From the NCBI RefSeq assembly GCF_006345805.1, contig NC_043013.1, positions 3,472,001 through 3,536,000 of the forward strand: a DNA stretch of 64,000 nt, in the 5' to 3' direction. A model generated the notes under the pieces. It saw only the letters and a program-made list of their open reading frames with translations, was not told where the DNA came from and made no database searches. Positions 13,629-27,400 of the stretch are shown one piece after another. Source of the DNA: Octopus sinensis (taxonomy: Eukaryota). Both the position numbers and the translations under genes were made by a program. The first letter of the stretch is position 1. Each line of letters begins with the position of its first letter.

Positions 13629-14924
13629 ATGAATAAAATATGTTAACACTCGAACGATTTAGAAACAAAATGAGTCACAATATTTAAGGAGTCCTTTATT
13701 TTTTTTAAAGATTGTGGGTGTGATTTGAAAGAAAATTGTCATTTGTGGTATATGGAGAGAGTACATGAGGTCTCTGTCGTTGTCTCGTTTAAGCTAATTT
13801 ATTTTGAATGAATATACTAAATTGATACTATTACTACCAGTTCTATTAGAGTAAAGGGACGAAACCTCCAAAACTAAATATTCTTCTACTGTTTCTGCTA
13901 TCAGCACTGCTTGGTTACGCTTTTAGAAAAGAGATATTTTGCTGTGAAGTATTCGCCACTCCCAATATACACGAGCCAAAAGAGCCTGTACGTGATTTTT
14001 TGACCTGCTGGAAATAAGAGGAAAATTCCACTCAAACCACATCTTGCCACCTTAAAATAAAAGGAAGGGCACATAGGAAAATGTAGCTCTGTTTATATTG
14101 TTGGAAGTATGATGGAATAACCATGGCTAGAACGCCTGGAACATGGGTCATTTAGACCAGATTTGACCTGAAGCAAAACAACAAAAACAAAAACTGTCAT
14201 TTAAATGTCTTACTAATTAAAGATTGTGTAACTTCGATTTCCTATAAACCCCCTAACTGTGAATGGAGATATAACAGAAGACAGAGACAAAGGTTCTGTA
14301 GAATATCGTCAATATTCCTTGCTCTTTTCTTCTCTAACAATGCAGCAGTGACGCTGTTCTTAAAGAACAAACAGACAATCGATAACCGACTTCTATTTGA
14401 TGGTTATTGAATGTCTGGTAATAATTAATGCCTGTTGGGCGTGTTACTTACTCGACAATATTAAGCATTGGAATATTTCTGCATTTGCTGTTAACACATA
14501 GCGCCTATTATGCAAATCTGCCTACAAATGTTGTAATAGAAGGATTATGTGCCGTCATTTTGACTACTTAGCGGTGACGAAATTTTATCTTAATCGTTAT
14601 ACAGTCATGCATAAGATTAAAACACAGCAGCTTGTATAGAGATAAAGATTCCACATACTATTTGCATACGTTGATACATGGACACATAGATTCGCTATGT
14701 AACTAACCAACTCAGCACTAATCTTCAGCAGTAGGGATTTGCAAAAGCAGAAAAGACGTGACTCCATAGGAAATTACTGCTACAAGCCATTAACGAAATC
14801 GTAGAGATATGTAAAACACTCCAGATGTTTAATATGTAATATGTAATATGTAATGACCTAGTTTCTAGGTTAGAAACCGATTCTTTATTGATGAGAAATT
14901 TGGAAAATAACAATAGAAAATACA

Positions 14925-14957
14925 TTCATACGTACATAGACACAAAAACGTTCATAT

Positions 14958-15000
<43 letters not shown>

Positions 15001-15028
15001 TACATACATACAAACATATATAAATACA

Positions 15029-15062
<34 letters not shown>

Positions 15063-15092
15063 CATACATACATACATACATACATACATACA

Positions 15093-15123
<31 letters not shown>

Positions 15124-15125
15124 GT
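14925..15125. repeat. (CA)n + (CATA)n microsatellite
   Basis: Direct reading. Confidence 0.93.
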
Positions 15126-16107
15126 CTATATGTAATTTATATGGGATAAATGTGGGCTACGTATTCAGCTACAGTTTCGTTCGATCGAGTCCTCATTCAA
15201 ATGTACATACCAGTGAGTCGACCGAAGACCCGATCGCTCAGAAACGCTGTTTGATGTTTACTCTGTTTATCCCACCTTAATTAGCATATATCAGGATTTA
15301 TATCAGTGGTTCCTAGTTGGGTCCGTACCGTCCCCTAAGAAGGCATTTAAAATTATGAGGGTTGAGGTAAGCAAAGTTATACTACAGGGAGCATTTAGAG
15401 GCATGGATGAGGGCGGTAAACAAACTTGTATATTATTAGCAGCGAAGTAAAGGTAGGGAAGAACAACACACTATTCAGCCAAACTTAATATTTTAATAGA
15501 TTTCATCTTTTTATTATTTTTGAACGGAAATTTGTATGCGAACATCTTGGCGTGACGATGTGGATTTTTCAACCAAAACGTTTCTTGATCTGCCAGTGTC
15601 GAAAAACCCGACACCCTGACATGAAGTTTTCTTTGGTATCTTTTATTTCAGTTAAAAATTTGTTTAATGGAATTAACTCGTTGTGTCACAAGACAAGCTG
15701 TAGTTTCTTATTACGCCCAACAACCTAGCGTTGTTTTGATCTTTATCAGTTGACAAGTCAGTCAGAGAATTTAACCCTAAATTTTTCGACCATACTTTGT
15801 TTCCTAAAATCTCAAGTATTTTGGCACTACTGTAGTTAAAAAGTTAGAATTAGATAAAACTGGTCCTCAGAAATGTGGAGAGTGCTCCCAGGTATCGTCA
15901 GCGAATGACCACGTGACTAGAATAGAGGAATTTTCAAGAAAATCCAATTGTGGAATCAAGCATTTTTAAAATCTGAATTTCTAATGATAGCACCCATTTA
16001 GCCAGACTTCAAGTGGGTACCGTTTATTTCGAGTGTCCACCTATACACTCTGTCAAAAACCCACAAGTTTTTGAGACACGCTCGCAGGGTAGCGATTAGA
16101 CAACATG

Positions 16108-16312
16108 GCAGAAACGGTAGCACGCCGGGCTAAATGCGTAGCCGTATTTCGTCTACCGTTACGTTCTGAGTTCAAATTCCGCCGAGGTCGACTTTGCCTT
16201 TCATCCTTTCGGGGTCGATAAATTAAGTACCAGTTACGCCCTGGGGTTGATGTAATCGACATAATCTGTTTGTCCCCTCTGTGTTTAGCCCCTTGTGGGC
16301 AGTAGTGAAAAA
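16108..16312 (+). mobile_element. SINE family B
   Basis: TGGCAGAAACGGTAGCACGCCGGGC...GAGTTCAAATTCCGCCGAGGTCGACTTTGCC...GCCCCTTGTGGG. Confidence 0.9.
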
Positions 16313-16838
16313 CATATAACTTCGTAAACAGGGTAGGAAAAGTGTTAATACAAAACCCTGCGTGGTTTTCGAAGACCATCGTACTGAAGTCAGACTGTCG
16401 AAGAAACTATTTTCATTCTAAATCTACTTAAATCGATGTTTACTCTCATTTGTCAAATCTTACCTGAGCAGCTTTCAGCTTTAAATGTAGCAATGCTCTT
16501 TCTCTTGGCTTTGTCTTTTGACAAAATCTATAACATCATTTTAATAAACGTAATTAAAATAGAAAAATCTCAACCTCAATTATTTTCTTGTTGTAGTGGA
16601 ATGAAAAAGCAAAACGTTATTGTTAGACAGAGGACATTCGCGTGTCTTCAATAATGTTGATGGTTGGCTATTTTTGTTTTTTAGCACTCTTTCGGCATAG
16701 AAATGAATTTAAATCCCCACTCTTTCTTTATTTATTTTTATTTTTATTTTTTGTAAAACTACTTATTCAAATACAAATACTTGGAATTTAAATATAAATA
16801 TTAAGCCCGGACTTCTGAGTGAAATATATGTTTAATTA

Positions 16839-18063
16839 GGTGCCCTTTTCCCAACCGATTTTGTTTCCTCATAACTTTTTAAGAATTGCGCATTTTTAAT
16901 GAACATTTTCAGAGATACATTTAAGTTGATAGCATTAAAAGACATCTCAGCTTATTCTCCTCTTCCGACTAAAGATAATACTTTTTCAAAATGCATATTT
17001 TTTTAATGAAAATTGGTAAATTTTCGAGAGTTTCGATAACGTATTATTCATGTTTCAAGCATATAAGAATATTAAGGTTGCGGACATTGGTGGTTAAACT
17101 TACGGAAACAGTTGGAGACGGAAGAATGATGAGAATTTCTCCATATTTTTTTTCTAAATTTTATCAAAACAGGGAGAGTGAAAAATAAGTAGGCATTAAA
17201 AATTGGTCATAAAATCCATATTCCTTTTACAAATTTATTGAAACAAATGTTATATTTTCTTTATTACATGGGAAAAATGAGAGTAAATCTTCTCCTGGAT
17301 CCGTGTCTTCAAGTCCTCCAGTATGCGCGGTTTTGTCTTGTACACTTCCTCTTATGTGTAACCCCGCAGGTAAAAATCACATGGTGTGAAATCTGGACTT
17401 CTTGGAGTTCTGGACTTCTGGACTTCTGCAGTCACAGTCTTCAGGTTTTAGCTCCTGCACGTAATGGGGTTTCCACGGACGAAAATTCAATTCTTTATGC
17501 AACACCATACGCATTGTATGTCTTGTTAGTCCACTTTCACGAGCTGCTTGACCAGTTGATTTTAGCGAGCTGCGATTAAATATTTCCAACACTGTTGCCA
17601 CGTTCTCTGCTGATCGGAATGTGGTTGGACAGTCACTTCTTGCATCGTTCTCAGAGCCCGTGGTCATCAGCTTTGCATGACAACTTTTTATTGTCCCCGG
17701 ACGTAGTGTTGCATGCTTACCTTTCCATGCACGCCACCATCTCTGAACCAAAACAATGGAATTCCACACTTCATAGCGTGCTGCAATCTTAGCTCGCTCC
17801 TGGACAGTCAAGTGACCGGCCATCATCTGGAAAATAAGAAATATGACAAAAAAATAAAAAATCCCCATTAGTGTTGTTTGTTTAAAAAGTGTTGTCGTCA
17901 TGACTTCGGTGATACTAAAAATTCTATAAACAATTTCTAATGCCTAGTTAATTTCCACCCACCCTGTACATCCTTGAAAACGTATCTCTGCAAAATTTCG
18001 TTAAAAACTATATGCATTTTTTCAGAAATTTATGAGGAAACAAAATTGGGAACGGGGCGCACC
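16839..18063. mobile_element. Older MITE-like element with about 85-bp inverted ends (16839-16922 and 17978-18063), interrupted by a Tc1/mariner element
   Basis: The GATTTTGTTTCCTCATAAC...CAGAGATAC arm recurs in reverse complement as GTATCTCTGC...TATGAGGAAACAAAATT. Confidence 0.6.
17170..17966 (-). mobile_element. Internally deleted Tc1/mariner-superfamily element
   Basis: Imperfect 25-bp TIRs (CAGGGAGAGTGAAAAATAAGTAGGC and CAGGGTGGGTGGAAATTAACTAGGC), TA at the right end. Transposase N-terminus MAGHLTVQERAKIAARYEV... joined to a DFTPCDFYL motif. Confidence 0.85.
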
Positions 18064-18087
18064 AAACAGAAGCTATTCCGAACGAAA

Positions 18088-18443
18088 AGCAGGTGTGGCT
18101 GTGTGGTAAGAAGCTTACTTTCCAACCACATGGTTCTCGGTTCAGCTTCACTGCGCGGAAACATAGGCAAATGCCTTCTACTAGAGCCTCGAGCAACCAT
18201 ATGTATATATGTGTGTGTGTTATTTTGTCTGTGGTTGACCTCTCCACCACCGCTTGACAACTGATGTTAGTGTGTTTATGTCCCCGTAACATAGCGGTTC
18301 GACAAAAGTGACTGATAGAATAAATACCAGGATTTAAAAAAGTAAGTACTGGGGTCAATTCGTTCGACTGAAACATTCTTTAGGACGATGCTCCAACATG
18401 GCCGCAGTCTAATGACTGAAGCAAGTAAAAGATAAAAGATAAC
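18088..18443 (+). mobile_element. SINE family A
   Basis: Head, CORE-like block and tail as in the other copies. Confidence 0.88.
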
Positions 18444-19283
18444 TTATTCAGACTTAAAGGTTTAACATTTCGATTTTGCCAAAAAATTGCAAAATCTCAT
18501 GTTTTTGATTTCTCCTACCATTTCTTGCTTCTTTTAAAATCTCTTTGTAATGTGTGTCTGGAAATGTGAACTAAATAACTTTGACCTCAAATATTTTTTT
18601 CAAAATTTCAAATAATTTTCGAAATCGAAATACACACGATTCGCACATCTGAGCGATACGTGACAAATGACAATCTTCGTTGTGTGTGCATGAGTGTGCG
18701 CTTGTGTGTTTGTAAGTGTATGTGTATACCAATTATAAACAGGGCTGTCTTAAAAGCATTATAGACTCCCAAGGAACTACTCTATGTGCTCATACCTTAA
18801 AAGGACACTTATGAAAGCTTTATATGTGTATGGGGAGAAGGTGTGTGTGTGTGTATGTATGTGAGTGAATAAATATGCATGTGTGTGTGTATTTGTTTGT
18901 ACTTGTGTGTATGTGTGTGTACACAAATTATGGAAGTGTCTCTCGTCTTGTGTGTGTGTGGTGGGAAAAAATATTAACAATAGGAAAATTATAGAAATCT
19001 GGTGTCACTACGCTATCTCTTGATCCGTGTTTCTTGCCTAGTAGAACAAGCAATTCTATACTTATCTTTAAAAAAAAAAATTCTAGTCTTTCTTCAATAA
19101 TTTATGTGTAATTTTCCTTTTTCGAACAAAATATAAGAAAGAAAATTGAAATGATTCAAAATAAAAAGAAGAGATGCAAATTTTTTTGAAGAATTTTTAC
19201 ATTTTTTTGTTTCCCGTAATTGTCGTCTTACACGCTGAAAACATATCCGAAGCAATTGTCAAAAAATATTTTTTTAAAGTTAC

Positions 19284-19690
19284 AGGCGCAGACGTGGCTG
19301 TGTGGTAAGAAACTTGCTTCCCAACCACATGGTTCCGGGTTCAGTCCCACTGCGTTGCACCTTGGGCAAGTGTCTTCTGCTATAGCTTCGGACAAAGCCT
19401 TGTCAGTGGATTTGGTAGACGAAAACGGAAAAAAGCCCGTCGTATATGTGTGTGTGTGTGTTTGTACCTATACGTGTGTGTCTTTGTGTTTGTCGCCCCA
19501 CCATCGCTTGACAACCGGTTTTGGTGTGTTTATGCCCCCGTAACCTAGCGGTTCAGCAAAAGAGACTAATAAAATAAGTCCTAGGACTTAAAAATAATTC
19601 ATGGTGTCGATTTGCTTGGCTGAAACCCCTCAAGATAATGTTCCAGCATAGCTGCAATCAAATGACTGAAACAAGTAAAAGAATAAAAGA
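19284..19690 (+). mobile_element. SINE family A
   Basis: GGCGCAGACGTGGCTGTGTGGTAAG...GAAACAAGTAAAAGAATAAAAG. Confidence 0.9.
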
Positions 19691-20169
19691 ATGGTGTGCT
19701 TCGATCAGAACAATTCCGTACGAAGTATCAGTAGTTTTCTTTTATTTTCTTTGTTTGTTTCTGGGGATTATTTTTTCTTGATATTAGTGATTCGAAGATC
19801 TTTTACTTTAAATTTTAGATACTTCTTACAAAAATGAGCAGGCAGGGAAATTACGAAAATCGCTAATCCAACAAAAGGTCACAAAGAATGTAAAACATAA
19901 GTTTTGCCAAATATAATGCAAACTTCCTACAGTATTGATTTATCGCTCTGCCTTCGGATCATCGGCGGTGAACTGCATGTACCTTTTGTGAAAATACTTC
20001 ACCAAATGAAGCAATGAAATGATCGTATCTAAAAGATCTTTTTCAATGAAAACATCTGGAAAATCGCATGATATATTACAGTTACAAAAGATAAAGAAGA
20101 CTTCTGGAAAGGTACCCTACTCAACATGCATATAGGAAAATCTAATCCAAAACTTAAAATTGCCTCATT

Positions 20170-21450
20170 GCTCTACTATTAAATGTAAAAAAAAAATACA
20201 CAGAATTGGAGAGGCTCTAATACCCTCGGTTTCTGAAATTCTTACCACACTCTTTAAAAGTAGATAGAGATATTTTAAAATAATAATATTGCCTCTCGCC
20301 GTATGGCTGAAATTAGTGATGTTAAAGATCAGTTATGCATAACATTTAGAAGTTCTGACTTTAGTATGAATCACCGGTACGTTGCAATGAACAACTACTT
20401 TTCTGTAAATCGTTGAAAATGGATACAAAAAGAGAAATTAATTTGAAGGTTTAAAAAAGTTATCTCGAAGTAAAGCTAACCCTTCGGCAATATGGTATCG
20501 TGCACAAGTGATGCTGCACCATCTATGACAGGTTGCCCTTCTGGTCTGCTGCTATACGTGAAATAGAAAGCGTAATTCATCAACAACAACCCGTTTTAAA
20601 GCTTAATAAAAGCAAAGCTTGGTTCTTAGATATTTGGGTGTTCAGTCAAGTATATGAAGAGATAAATGAAAATCGTGATAGACTGAATTTCGATGGCTGT
20701 TAAATGGGTCTCGTTTGAAATGCTTCAATCAATATATATATAGCACTAACGTTGAATGTCTGTATCTTTTGCCAACTGGCAAGAGATATAAACATCATTT
20801 ATGGAGATGTGGCTTGTTTAACTGATATTTATGCCATGATAAACAGCCTAAATTTGCAAATGCAATGAAACAAGTTTAATATAAAGCAAGCAAGGATTGC
20901 AGTCAACGACTTTATAAGTAAAATTGAATCGTACAAGCGAAACCTTTCCAGAAGTGATGCTGTCAGTTTCTATCAATGGAAAGCCTTTCACAATGTTTAC
21001 AGATGATAATCTGAGGACCTACAGTGCACTTTTACGACATCTGACGAGAGATTTTAAAATAAGATTCAACAACTTGATTAAACTGTGGGTTCCTGACTGA
21101 GTAAAAAGCCCGTTCTTGCTTCAAATAGAACAAAACATTGGTTTATAAGAGACTATCAACGATTTACAAAATGATCAAGAAGTAAGAATGCTTTTCGAAA
21201 GATCAAAGCTTGTGTGAAATGTGGTGGCAATGTGGCCTGACCTAGCCCATATTGGAGAATGAAACCAAGATATTTTTATTACTTTTATCTGATGGGGAAA
21301 GGTTTTAGGGCAATAAATCAAATTTTGACCAAGAATAGGAATCGAATCAAAATAGTATACGAATTTACGACTTCTTTTATCAGATTTGGAAGGAAATATT
21401 GCAAAACTCACTTCTGATTATCAACCACAGGGATTACCTCAAGAAATGGC
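20170..21450 (+). pseudogene. Degenerate hAT (Charlie/SPIN-like) transposase relic
   Basis: Peptide remnants GEALIPSVSEIL, IASRRMAEISD, DAAPSMTG, IHQQ and NSLNLQMQ, with many stops. Confidence 0.6.
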
Positions 21451-21803
21451 ATGTGTTATTTTAACTATTCTTATTTCAAGCATATTAATATGTCCTATGA
21501 AAAGTAGTTCTTTTTTTTATTCACATTAATTGAAATGTACCTTTATAAGTAAAATAATAAAAATGCTTATATTCATTAAATTCAAATATATCGACAACAT
21601 TTATCATATAAGAGTAGAATTTTTCGAGGTGGAAATAAGTAAATACTAACGACAACCTCAACAACACAGATCAACATCTTTCCTAAAATTTTCACCCAAA
21701 AATTTAACTTTGTATTCAACATAGTTATGGAACTTCAATTTTAAACAGCATTCTCCTTATTCACGTCCTTCCTAATCAGCGTCACCACTCCACGGATGAT
21801 ATA

Positions 21804-23079
21804 TCAGACCATCCCATAAGTTCTGTCCGATTTTACCTTTTTTTAAATTGAATGAAATTTGATAGTTTTAGAATGTCTAATGGAATTTAAAATTATTTTT
21901 ATGCTTTTGTGTGCATTTAAACTAATTAAATATTATTTTACAGAATAATAGAATTAAAATTTCTTTGATTAAAACCCTCTCTAACATGGAAGTATCCAAA
22001 GAGCATTTAAGGCACATAATGCTTTATGAGTACAAAAATGGTAAATCTGTAGTCGAAGCGACTCGAAACATACACTCAGTTTATGGGAAAGAATGCTAGA
22101 ATGAAAGAACTTGCAGAAGATGGTTTGCAAAATTCAAAATTGGAGATTTCAGCCTTGAAGATGAAGATCGAACAGGACGTCCAGTTGAGTTAGATGATAA
22201 GCTCCTTGAGGCATTACTTGAAGAAAATCCTGCATTATCAGTTGAAGAATTGGCAAACAAACCATACAACTGTTCATTGCCATCTACAACAACTTGGAAA
22301 GGTTCCTAAACTTGGAAAATGGGTGCCTCATGAATTGTCGGAAAGCAACCGCAAATCCCGAGTTGACATCTGCTCTTTTCTCCATTCTCGCGAACTCATT
22401 TCACCCTTTATGAATAGACTTGTGGCTGGTGACGAAAAATGGATCTTCTATCGAAATGTTAAGCGTCGTAAACAGTGCCTTGGTAAAAGGGAACAGGCTC
22501 AACCACAACCGAGAAGGGAACTTCATGGGAAAAAGGTTCTTCTCTCTATCTGGTGGGATTGCAAAGGAGTAATTCACTTTGAATTGTTACCACCGAATGC
22601 AACAATTAATGCTCAAGTCTACTGTCAAGAATTAGAGTATTTGAACCAATCTTTGAAGGAAAAAAAGATCCGCTTTAGTGAATCGAAAAGGAGTGATGTT
22701 TCATCAGGACAATGCACGACCCCACACTGCAAAGATCACATCACAGAAGATCGAAGAGCTTGGTTGGGAAATAATTCCTCATCCACCTTATTCTCCCGAC
22801 CTTGCTCCTTCAGACTACCATTTGTTTCGCAGTTTACAGAATCAATTGGGGGATATAACTTTCGCAAGCCAGGAGGAGGTCGAAACTGACATTTCAGAGT
22901 TCTTCGCTTTGAAACCAAAAGAGTTTTACATTGATGGGATTAAAAAGCTTGTAAATAGCTGGAAGGAAGTCGTAGATAATCAGGGAAAGTACATTGATGA
23001 TTAAATTTCAATTGAATATAACATTTAATCACTTGTTTTCATTCTTCAAAATTCGGTCAGAACTTATGGGATGACCTGA
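21804..23079 (+). mobile_element. Full-length mariner (DD34D) transposon with frameshifted transposase (about 21986-23004)
   Basis: TIRs TCAGACCATCCCATAAGTTCTGTCC and GGTCAGAACTTATGGGATGACCTGA with TA at both ends. Motifs WVPHEL, GDEKW, HQDNARPH and YSPDLAPSDYHLF. Confidence 0.95.
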
Positions 23080-24448
23080 TAATTGCAATGCCTTTCGTCT
23101 GCTGCAAATGGCGATAGACGTCTGCGAACAACTGTGACTCTATTGCTACTACCATACCGCTAGCATGACGCCTGTGATGCTTCCTAGCAACGGTTCCTGA
23201 GCTTCGGACTAGCTCACCTTCCAAAACTGATGCGTTCTATCACCACATGCTTGTTAAGCGTCATCGCATCTGCTCCAGTTTTTCTCTTTAAACAGACCCA
23301 CCACAAATCGTTGGTGATCGACAATCTGATCTGAGTAAGCTTTCCCTACAGTGAAAGACACGTACTGCTTCTACTGACCAAGCTCGTATCTATGTCTAAT
23401 CTAAACTGATTGTATAGGTCACAAACGCGCAGTCTGTATAACCATCTACCCAAACGAAACTGTGTCAACCTACGAATGTCCAACATAAACTCTATATTGG
23501 CATGATTTGGAGGACACTTGTAGTTCATCCAAGTCTATAATGGCATATTTCGGAAATCCATACGGGATGGCCTATACTATCCTGTTGCGCTTGCACACAA
23601 CAACATGATGCATATAAGAGATTGCTTTTAGTCTCTTTTTAAGAAGATACTTGAAACAATCTCTTTTCAGCGGCTTCTCAAAAAGACTTACTCTGTCTAT
23701 TACGATTAACATTTTTACTAACACTAACACGATTCACTGATGTACTTTAAAGCAAGACTTTTGCAGCAATAAATAAACCAATAATTAGTTTCTCATCAAA
23801 ACTCTTGTTAAATTTCATACTTTTACAATCACTGTATTAATTAACATGAACATCAAAGGTAATGCATTCGTGGCGAATAATGTTGAAGACATAGTCTGAG
23901 AGGTGTATTTAATAATATACTTGAGAGGGCAAATATTAATATGGTTGAGCATTGACGTTCTCATTAAGCGATTCTCATTATAATCAGAAATAACATTAAA
24001 ACTAAATTTGTTAATGCAAATAGATAACAAATTATGTACACCCCCGCGCGTCGCCAAGTCGATAGGACACTGCGAGAGGCCAGGTGAACAGCCAGAAATA
24101 GCAGCCAAAATTTCTGTCAGATTATTCCCGGATTTCAGAAGTTCTTGACTAAATCATGTGGGGACACCGTTGGAACGTCTTATATCAAAATAGAGTTGTC
24201 GCTGTTTAGTTAAGTATTTAGGAGTGGTTGTAATTTACTTATTGAATTTATTTATTGATACGTTGTACATAGGGTAAATGTATTTGATAATTGTAGTTTC
24301 TTTGTTGTTGGCACCGCCGGATTGATTGGCACTGCCCAGGTGTCGAAACCATAATGTTATCCGTGGGGCAGCTGATGATGGAGGTATGTTGGATTGTTGG
24401 TATGACTGTGGAATACTATTACAAGACATCCTTTTATATATATATATA

Positions 24449-24598
24449 TAAGTCCTCACATACATACATACATACATACATACATACATACATACATGCA
24501 TACATACATACATACATACATACAGACACACACACATACATACATACATACATACATACATACATACATACATACATACATACATACATACATACATA
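24449..24598. repeat. (CATA)n array at the 5' junction of the LINE
   Basis: Direct reading. Confidence 0.93.
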
Positions 24599-25860
24599 CC
24601 AACATTTGGGCTGCTTGATTGGACACTTGATGAAGTCCGAGCCATTGATGGGAAAACCCGAAAAATACTAAGAAGCACACATAATTTCCACATAAACAGT
24701 GATGTAGACCCCCTCTACCTAAAACGAAAACAAGGCGGAAGAAGCTTAACATCGATCCAAAGTACCTTTGAATGTTGCATCATATCCCTTTGGCAACATC
24801 TTTTAACCACCAAGTGTCGAAGTGCATCCCTTGACCACGTTTGCATACATGATGCTGGTAACACCATAAGACTTGGAAGGCAGTTCTTTCAGAAACAATC
24901 TTTGTCTGATAACCTAGAATACATGCCCAAAGAAGTCGCACGACTCTACCGCAATGTATTATCAGGTGAAAGGATGAGCCTCTATGAGAAGAAGACCATA
25001 CGTGGATATGTTAGTAGAAAGCTTCGTGATGATAGTAACATCGATCATCAAAGCAGACTATCGTGGACCAATAACCGGATTACTACCTCCCACTTTCAAG
25101 AGTATGCGTTTGCAATCCAGGAACAGGAAATATCAACCAAGTATCTCATGCACAAAAAGGACAAAAGTGCAGGTAAAGCCGTAAAGTGTGACAAGTGATG
25201 CAGACTTTGTGGCGTTCACACTGAAGATATCACCCACATCAGAAACAGTTGTCCGAAAATGTCATCACAGTATTATCTACCGATTCAGACATCACGTTGT
25301 AGCTGGGACACTCTATAAAGAAATCCGTCGGAAAGATAATTCCGAGGACAAAGAAATAAGAACTCACAATATGGTAGAAGCCATATCCACTCATAATAGA
25401 AAGAAATATTGGTAGAATATACCAGTGAAGACCTCAATAAAATGTAAGCACAGCAGACCTGATATGAGGGAAGAGAAGCTGTGCACAGTTGTGGAAATTA
25501 GCTTCCCAGCGGATGTTAACATAAAGCTGAAGATCAGTGAAAAAGAGAACACCTATGCTGAACTATTGAGAAATCTGTAGTAACAATATCCCGATTACAA
25601 GTTCAGGTTTATACCTGTAATTATTGGAGCCCTGGGATATGTAACACACTACCCAAATGCCAATCTTGAGAAATTAGGCTTCTCAAAACCAGAAAGGAGA
25701 AAGCTAATTCGAAGACTACAGATCCAATCCATTACTGGAACTGTAAAAATCTGTAAAACTTTCCAGAAGTTTATCATTTAGATATATATATGAGCATGTC
25801 TAGATATGCAACTATATGCATGAGAATGCATACATAAAACATATAAAACTGCACCTGTAC
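24597..25860 (+). mobile_element. 5'-truncated R4/Dong-type LINE (RT thumb, CCHC knuckle, restriction-like endonuclease)
   Basis: TFGLLDWTLDEVRAIDGKTRKIL, DVDPLYLKRKQGGR, CRLCGVHTEDITHIRNSC, RPD and FIPVIIGALGYV. Flanked by (CATA)n on both sides. Confidence 0.88.
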
Positions 25861-26099
25861 ATACATACATATATACATATATGCATACATACATACATAC
25901 ATACATACATACATACATACATACATACATACATACATACATACATACATACATACCCTATTGCTGATGTTGAAATTCCAATGAATCCAGGTTAGAAACC
26001 AGTTCCTCCTGTATTGGCAAGAAATCTTGAAATAAGCTGAATAATGACACACGCGCGCACGCACATACACACATGTATACGGCTGCTGCTGCTGCTGTT

Positions 26100-27400
26100 G
26101 CTGCTACCATTTCTGGCACCATGGACAATGTTTGGTGACGAGATTGTTTGGGTACATTGATTTCCAGACGAACATTCTTAAAACAACTGCGAACCCATCC
26201 ACCTTGAACAAGAATGGAATATGCTTTCAGGACCTCGGTAGGGGTACTAGTTACTGAATCGGATGGAGTGGGAGCTTGGAGACCATTGGTCCACTACAAC
26301 TGGCGTCTGCATTGACGGAGTATTTGCATCATAAATGTAATTGAGATTTATCACATGTTCTCACTAAAATGCCGTGATGCTTACAGTTTGTCATTGTTTC
26401 TGATAGCTTGGGCCTAGGAATTGGTGCATTTCAACTGTTGCCAAATGCCATCACACAGTTTATGTCAGTTGCAATATATTTCGTGAATTACCCAACATGT
26501 TGTGTACTGTAATCAGCGGTGATCTTTGAATAATATTTATTCAATGTCGACTTCATCTAGAAAGGTTGGCTCTTCAAAGAGAGTGAATTGATTTCAAAAT
26601 TACGATTCGAAACCTGCTTGCACTTACCGGTCCTCCAGATGAAGCTATAAATGATCTGTTGAGCACGGATTTCAAGTACTGATAAGACCCAATGGTAATA
26701 TTCTTACTGAAATGAACTCTCGCTGGTTCGATTGCTATGTGATGACGGAATGATATTGAATGATTGTGTTAATTACTACTAATTTATTGATGAGCAAACA
26801 ATTTATGAGACAATCAACATTTTTATACTTATATTGTCATTGGCTCTAAGCTTGAAAAGTGCAAACTGGTGAGAGGGTGAACATTCAACACTGAAAAGAA
26901 AAATCAAACAGCGTTTCAACTCTGTGTGAGTATATGTGTGTATGTGTGCGTGTACAAGGGAAGTATGTAAATGTATGTGAACATTCACAAATCTATTAAT
27001 TTGATTTATCATCCATATTTATATATAAAATACTACAATTAGCCGTCATTTTTGATGGCGCGGGGCCAGCTAGTATCGTATAGTGTATGAAGTGTCCTGG
27101 TCTGTAACATTGACATTTTCGATGCCATTGCTTGATAGCTAAATCCGCAATGAACAGTTGATGTCTACTTCGTGCTGCAGAAAGGATTTTATTGTCAAAA
27201 AATATTTTCCTGCTCCTGATAGAAAATAGGCCAGTTTTCATAATTGCAGTTTGCGACTATCGCTGCCAACTTCATAGAATTGATGGCAGCATTTCTTGGA
27301 GCAAGATTCATGTAGTTGTTGGAATTGTTGTTGCTTGCGCAACATAACTTAGCTCTAACTTAGCCGACCCATGAACAGTCAAAGGCCACAAACAATTTTT
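26100..27400 (-). pseudogene. Possible highly decayed retroelement (gag-like) coding relic
   Basis: Broken reading frames only, for example NYENWPIFYQEQENIF. No diagnostic motif. Confidence 0.25.

Noticed and set aside
15212-15255. Hairpin followed by GAAACGCTGTT, hammerhead-like
   Set aside because: No CUGANGA core and no stem I.
23090-23900. Possible additional LINE relic
   Set aside because: No diagnostic RT or endonuclease motif could be read by eye.
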